Origin: Candidatus Eiseniibacteriota bacterium
Lineage (GTDB): Bacteria; Orphanbacterota; Orphanbacteria; Orphanbacterales; Orphanbacteraceae
Assembly: GCA_043809585.1 (NCBI GenBank)
Contig: JBDROZ010000061.1
Coordinates: forward strand, 1 to 41,944
Direction of reading: 5' to 3'
Length of the DNA stretch: 41,944 nt
Shown piece by piece: positions 38,549-41,944 of the stretch. Within the stretch, counting starts at the first letter, position 1. Each line of letters starts with the position of its first letter. A program made the translations under genes and the position numbers. Below the pieces are notes generated by a model. The model did not search any database and was not told the DNA's origin. It saw only the letters and a list, made by a program, of their open reading frames with translations.

Positions 38549-39766
38549 TCAAAAGTGCAGTTTCGACAGAAAGGCGTTCACCGCCTTCCACGTCAGCCAA
38601 AACGTGATCACCAGGGGGATCGTCGTGACGGCGAAGTACCGGACCCACCGGCCGCCGCGGCGCACCCAGTTGTCGAACAAATCAAACGCCATGTAGATGA
38701 TCATGAAGAAGATCACCGTCGTGGTCAGTCCGATAAACGCGAGCTCTACGAAGTGAAAGACCCTTGCGAACGTGCGGTCCCTCCCCTCGTGCTTGAACTC
38801 CTCGGTCCCCTTGTGAAAGTCGACGTGCACCCGGCCCCGGGCGAATCCCGGTCCCGCCCCCTCGTGACACCTGGTGGCGCCGCACGTTTCGGGGAGGTTC
38901 GCCGGGTGGATGCTCGAACGCTCGTCGTCCCGGGCCCGGATGTCGTGGTGACGGTGGCACTCGACGCAGGTCGCCGTCGCCTCGGAGCCGAGCTTGTAGG
39001 CCACGCCGTGATAGCTCGACTTGTACTGCTCCACGTTCATCACCCGGTCGGCAAACATGCCCATTCGCTCGATGTCGGCGTGGCAGGCGGAGCAGGTGTT
39101 CACCACCTCGGACCGGGAGACGCTCGCGCCCTGCTCGCCGTGCCTCATGATCGAGTGCTCGCCGTGGCAGTCGGTGCAGACCGCCGCGTTCAGGTCCCCC
39201 TCCACGATAGCGCGGCCGTGGGCGCTCGCCTCGTAGATCCTCTCGATCTCCTCGTGGCAAGTCCCGCATGTTTCGGCGATGTGCAGCTTGTTGACGTGGG
39301 ACGCCGTCTCCGCCGGCTGGAGCACGTCGTGGTCGCCGTGGCAGTTCTGGCAGCGAGGGGCCCGAGGGTCTCCCGCCGCGCCGAGCCGGCCGTGGACCGA
39401 GTTCTCGAACTCCCGGTAGCTCTTCAGCTGCGGAGCGCCCGCCTGGTTGTCCACCCGATGGCAGTTGCGGCACTCCACCGGGGGCAGGTCCTCGGCGTGG
39501 GGAATCGAGATTACCGTCCGGTGACAGCTCTCGCAGCGCTCCTTTCCGTGCACCGACGATCGGAACGTGTCCACGTCGACGCGCGGTCCCGTGCGCGTCC
39601 CCTCGGGCGGGTGAGGATTCATGTGGCAGTCGAAGCAGCGGGACCGGATCTCGATCGCGTCCGGCTGGGCGGACGCCGTCGCGGCCGCGAGAAGGACGGC
39701 GAAGAGCACACCCCAAAACGGCCGGATCGATCCAGCGCCTCGAGTTCGCCGGGGACTTCCGATCAT
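38549..39766 (-). CDS. Multiheme cytochrome c with C-terminal membrane anchors
   Basis: Signal peptide; 8 CXXCH plus CGATRCH; recurring SVHG/SAHG/SYHG spacers; two C-terminal hydrophobic helices. Confidence 0.88.
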   Translation of the reverse strand: MIGSPRRTRGAGSIRPFWGVLFAVLLAAATASAQPDAIEIRSRCFDCHMNPHPPEGTRTGPRVDVDTFRSSVHGKERCESCHRTVISIPHAEDLPPVECRNCHRVDNQAGAPQLKSYREFENSVHGRLGAAGDPRAPRCQNCHGDHDVLQPAETASHVNKLHIAETCGTCHEEIERIYEASAHGRAIVEGDLNAAVCTDCHGEHSIMRHGEQGASVSRSEVVNTCSACHADIERMGMFADRVMNVEQYKSSYHGVAYKLGSEATATCVECHRHHDIRARDDERSSIHPANLPETCGATRCHEGAGPGFARGRVHVDFHKGTEEFKHEGRDRTFARVFHFVELAFIGLTTTVIFFMIIYMAFDLFDNWVRRGGRWVRYFAVTTIPLVITFWLTWKAVNAFLSKLHF

Positions 39767-41688
39767 TGCGCCTTTTCTCCCCCCTTGCCGCCCTCGGAAC
39801 TCTCTCCCTTGTCGGTCAGTCCCTGAACGGCTTCGTCGAGCGGGTGTTCGTGGAGGTACATCTCCACGGGCATCTTGCCCGTGTACCACGATTGGTTCCC
39901 GGGGTAGACGCCCGGACTAAAGATGACGGAGTAGAAATGCCAGACGAGAATGGCGAGCGTCGCGAGCCACGCTTCGTAGTGGTGGATCACGAGCATCACG
40001 TCCAAAAGGCCCTTCGGAAGGTACCGGACCGCCACGTTGTCGAACCAGAGAAAGATTCCGGTGCCGATCATCACGAAACCGCCCCAGATCAGCGCCCAGT
40101 ATTCCGCCTTCTCCACGTAGCTGAAGCGGCGGAAGCGCGGGCGCTCCTTCCGGTGGCCGAGATTGTAGGTGATCATCCTGAGGAACTGCACGAAGTCGAG
40201 CATCGTCGGCATCATGTCCTTCAGGAACCTCTTCCCGCCTCTCGTGCCGAACCAGACGACGTGCCAGAGGCTGCCGAAGATGAAGAGGGCGCCCGCCGCC
40301 CGGTGAATGAGTCCCCGGACGCTGAAGCCGCCGTCCCACCCGAACAACTTCTGGAATATCCACGCCTCCGAATAGACCAGGGCGAAGCCGCTGATCACGA
40401 GCACGGTAAACGAGATGGTAAGCACGCTGTGCTGGAAGACCGCGTTCGCGTCCATTCGGCGGATTTGAGGAAGACGATTCGAGTCCTTGACGTGCTTGAA
40501 GAAATCGAGGGCGGTGTAGAGGACCATCAGGCCGATGATCACGAAGATGATCACCAGGTAGATGTTCGTGATCAGCCGGGTCCAGCCGGTCCTCCGGCCG
40601 GCGCCGGTCTCGTGGATCTTGGTCCGCGCCAGGGCGGCCGACACGCCCGGGTGGCAGTGCCCGCAGGTCTTCTGAAGGTTGTTCTGGTGAATCGACGACT
40701 CCGGATCGTTGCTCGGGAGGATCCGGTGGGCGCCGTGACAGCTCGCGCAGTTCGCGACCGTCGGGTCCCCTGCGCGGCTCTTCAAACCATGATAGGAGTC
40801 GACGAACGACGCGAGGCGCCCCGCGGGGATGCCGTATTTCTCGTTCAGGAGCGCCGACTCGTGGCAGGGGGCGCATGTCGCTTCCGCGACGTGGGACGGG
40901 CTCACCCGGGACCGGTCGTCGTCGGTCCGGAGAATGCCGTGCTCGCCGTGGCAGTGGGTGCAGACCGGCGTGTCCACCTCGCCGCGGGCGGCGAGCTTTC
41001 CGTGGATGCCTTCCCAGTAGTCCTGCTCGATGTTGTTGTGGCACTTTCCGCACGTCTTCGGGATGTTGAAGTGGTTGATGCCCGACCGCGAGTCCCCGGG
41101 CCCGAAGATCTGGTGGGCCGTCCCTTCCGTGGAGTGACAATCGGTGCATGTGGCGGCGACGTAGATCCCCCCGAGGGTCGCCCGGCCGTGAACGCTCGAC
41201 TCGTACACCTCGACGGGCCTCTTCAGCTTGATGTCGTGCTTCTTCGCGAGATCGATGTCCCGGTGGCAGATGCCGCACGTCGTCGGCAGGTGGATCGGGT
41301 GGACCGCCGACCCCTTGTCGCTCGAGGGAAGGATCTCGTGGGAGCCGTGGCAGTCGGCGCATCTCGGGAGGTCTTCCGTCGTGCCGACCTTGCCGCGGCC
41401 GTGCCACACGTACAACTCACTTTCGGCATCGTGGCACGCTTCGCAGGCGACCGGCCCGAGGGCGTCGGCGTGGGGGATCTCGGTAATGTCCGAGTGGCAA
41501 TCGACACAAGGGAACCCGGCATGGGAAGAGTGGGCGAGCATCGAGTCGGAGACGGCCGGGATTTCCGGATCGCTGCCGTCGTGGCACATGGCGCAGTCAC
41601 CGGACGTCAAGTCCTCCGCAAAGGCCGCCCCCCCGATGATCGCCGGGAAGAGCAGGAGGGCCCCAATCAGGGTGAGGTGCAGTCTCAT
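39763..41688 (-). CDS. CbcL-like fused multiheme cytochrome c / cytochrome b protein
   Basis: Signal peptide, 11 CXXCH, then TM domain FQHSV, IHRAAG, LWHVV, RFSYVEKAEYWALIWG, IHHYEAWLA, VWHFY. Confidence 0.88.
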   Translation of the reverse strand: MRLHLTLIGALLLFPAIIGGAAFAEDLTSGDCAMCHDGSDPEIPAVSDSMLAHSSHAGFPCVDCHSDITEIPHADALGPVACEACHDAESELYVWHGRGKVGTTEDLPRCADCHGSHEILPSSDKGSAVHPIHLPTTCGICHRDIDLAKKHDIKLKRPVEVYESSVHGRATLGGIYVAATCTDCHSTEGTAHQIFGPGDSRSGINHFNIPKTCGKCHNNIEQDYWEGIHGKLAARGEVDTPVCTHCHGEHGILRTDDDRSRVSPSHVAEATCAPCHESALLNEKYGIPAGRLASFVDSYHGLKSRAGDPTVANCASCHGAHRILPSNDPESSIHQNNLQKTCGHCHPGVSAALARTKIHETGAGRRTGWTRLITNIYLVIIFVIIGLMVLYTALDFFKHVKDSNRLPQIRRMDANAVFQHSVLTISFTVLVISGFALVYSEAWIFQKLFGWDGGFSVRGLIHRAAGALFIFGSLWHVVWFGTRGGKRFLKDMMPTMLDFVQFLRMITYNLGHRKERPRFRRFSYVEKAEYWALIWGGFVMIGTGIFLWFDNVAVRYLPKGLLDVMLVIHHYEAWLATLAILVWHFYSVIFSPGVYPGNQSWYTGKMPVEMYLHEHPLDEAVQGLTDKGESSEGGKGGEKAQ

Positions 41689-41776
41689 GTTTCCTATCTC
41701 GGGGGGATTCGTTTCGAAAACGCGCACTCGAGAGATCTCCGGCTCCCCTTCGCCTGCAACTCGAGACGCTCACCTT

Positions 41777-41944
41777 TAGAACCGGTTTCACAACCTCCAT
41801 TCTACTGCGATCGGCTGCAAGGCCCGGCGGCTGCGTACTCGGGTAAAAACGTCCTCAATGGCCTTCTTAGGCCACCTCCGGGCGTTTTCCCCCTTGATCC
41901 TTGCCGCCGGACCTTTCGCTCGATCTCGCGACGAAGGAGGTTGT
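41777..41944. repeat. Palindromic MITE/REP-like element (family A, inverted orientation, truncated by window end)
   Basis: ACAACCTCC (41790) / GGAGGTTGT (41944) IR; TTCTACTGCG and CTCGCGACGAA are reverse complements of the family motifs. Confidence 0.6.

Overview
High-GC bacterial chromosomal window with about 28 protein genes and no rRNA, tRNA, CRISPR array, intact transposase or integrase visible. Two secreted proteins end in an NPxNP...FlgD-Ig-like tail, a style typical of FCB-related lineages (inference). Left half (1-25550): glutaryl-CoA-type acyl-CoA dehydrogenase, secreted metallophosphoesterase, M16 peptidase, class I/II aminotransferase, large secreted WxG-repeat protein, Nudix hydrolase, membrane spermidine-synthase-like protein, AlkP-superfamily enzyme, a Hanks-type kinase frameshifted in a G8 run, DUF302, CNNM/CBS protein, CoA-binding protein, GH57 amylopullulanase, GT-C/TPR protein and rocD. 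Intergenic spaces carry a family of palindromic MITE/REP-like elements and a candidate structured small RNA or leader. The right half holds two notable modules. (i) 25782-35405: an ArsR-rhodanese-led sulfur/metal island with SQR, DsrE, a monoheme protein, a Cys-rich HPP-ending leader and a CzcCBA-type pump whose adaptor carries three Cys3-His repeats. (ii) 35497-41688: a convergent operon with a fused and a split CbcL-like cytochrome c/b module plus a 16-18-heme cytochrome, 35 canonical CXXCH motifs in total. All functional calls rest on motif reading only; no database searches were run.
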